A stretch of 64,000 nt of DNA. Source: Camelus dromedarius (lineage: Eukaryota). The notes beneath the pieces were generated by a model. It was given only the letters and a program-made list of their open reading frames with translations. It was not told the origin of the DNA and did not search any database. The position numbers and the translations under genes are program-made. Each line of letters starts with the position of its first letter. Position 1 is the first letter of the stretch. The stretch covers positions 76,510,001-76,574,000 of the forward strand of contig NC_087436.1 in NCBI RefSeq assembly GCF_036321535.1, in the 5' to 3' direction. Shown here piece after piece: positions 63,573-64,000 of the stretch.

Positions 63573-63667
63573 AATGCTTCACACATTTGTGTCATCCTTG
63601 CCCAGGGGCCATGCTGATCCTCCCTGTATCATTCCAATTTTAGTCTATGTGCTACTGAAGTCAGCAC
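63573..63667 (-). pseudogene. RNU6 (pseudogene): U6 snRNA retropseudogene
   Basis: Minus strand GTGCTGACTTCAGTAGCACATAGACTAAAATTGGAATGATACAGGGAGGATCAGCATGGCCCCTGGGCAAGGATGACACAAATGTGTGAAGCATT aligns to U6 from nt 1 to about 97 and is followed by an A-rich tail; the ACAGAGA box is mutated to ACAGGGA. Confidence 0.95.
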
Positions 63668-63689
63668 ACAACACATTAAAGGGAGAATA

Positions 63690-63960
63690 AACAGTGGTTC
63701 TGGCAGATTAAAGGTAAAGTTTAGAGGAGAAGCTTAATGGGTCAGATCGATGCTCAATGTTTCAGAAGTAAATGGCCACAGTGTGAAGGGTATTTAGGAG
63801 ATGATGTGAGTAGGAGATCAGGTAGACAGCAGTTTAATGACCTGAATTTGGTCAGTGGGGGAAAGAATGGACATGACGTTCTGAATTTGAGAGGTGCTTC
63901 GGAGGTAGCATTAAGAGGATTTGGCCCTTGGCTGAACGAGGGTGGAGGGTGGACAAGAGG
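63690..63960 (-). mobile_element. L2 fragment
   Basis: atttaggagatg...gacagcagtttaatgacctgaatttgg...gatttggcccttggctgaacgagggtggag. Confidence 0.55.
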
Positions 63961-64000
63961 AAAAGTCAAACCATCATCCCAATGTAATAGTTGAGGTGAA

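Noticed and set aside
1..64000. CRISPR arrays, operons, tRNA/rRNA genes, NUMTs, non-retroviral endogenous viral genes, CpG islands
   Set aside because: None seen by eye; the sequence is mammalian non-coding DNA. Highly diverged viral fragments cannot be excluded without a translated search

Overview
AT-rich, CpG-depleted eutherian genomic DNA (intergenic or deep-intronic), probably from a cetartiodactyl and most likely a camelid, judged from the 3' UTR of the youngest L1 and the absence of recognisable Alu, Bov-tA/A2, PRE-1 or SINEC elements. Roughly half of the window is old interspersed repeat: MIR, L2, L1 (L1MA9-, L1MC- and lineage-type), MaLR (MLT1) and ERVL solo LTRs, and DNA transposons (Arthur1, MER53, MER63B, MER104). 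It also contains a U6 snRNA retropseudogene, microsatellites and small tandem duplications. I recognise no host protein-coding gene. The only ORF-track entries with recognisable homology are L1 ORF2 fragments, and a decayed hAT transposase can be read by hand at 8.4-8.95 kb. I cannot support a novel multi-gene system. The best leads are structural: two unexplained hairpins, an inverted L1 pair, an unclassified LTR-like segment, several well-formed orphan exon candidates, a segment with three open frames, and TE-free blocks that may be conserved enhancers. Repeat family names come from my recollection of consensus sequences, not from a database search, and repeat boundaries are approximate.
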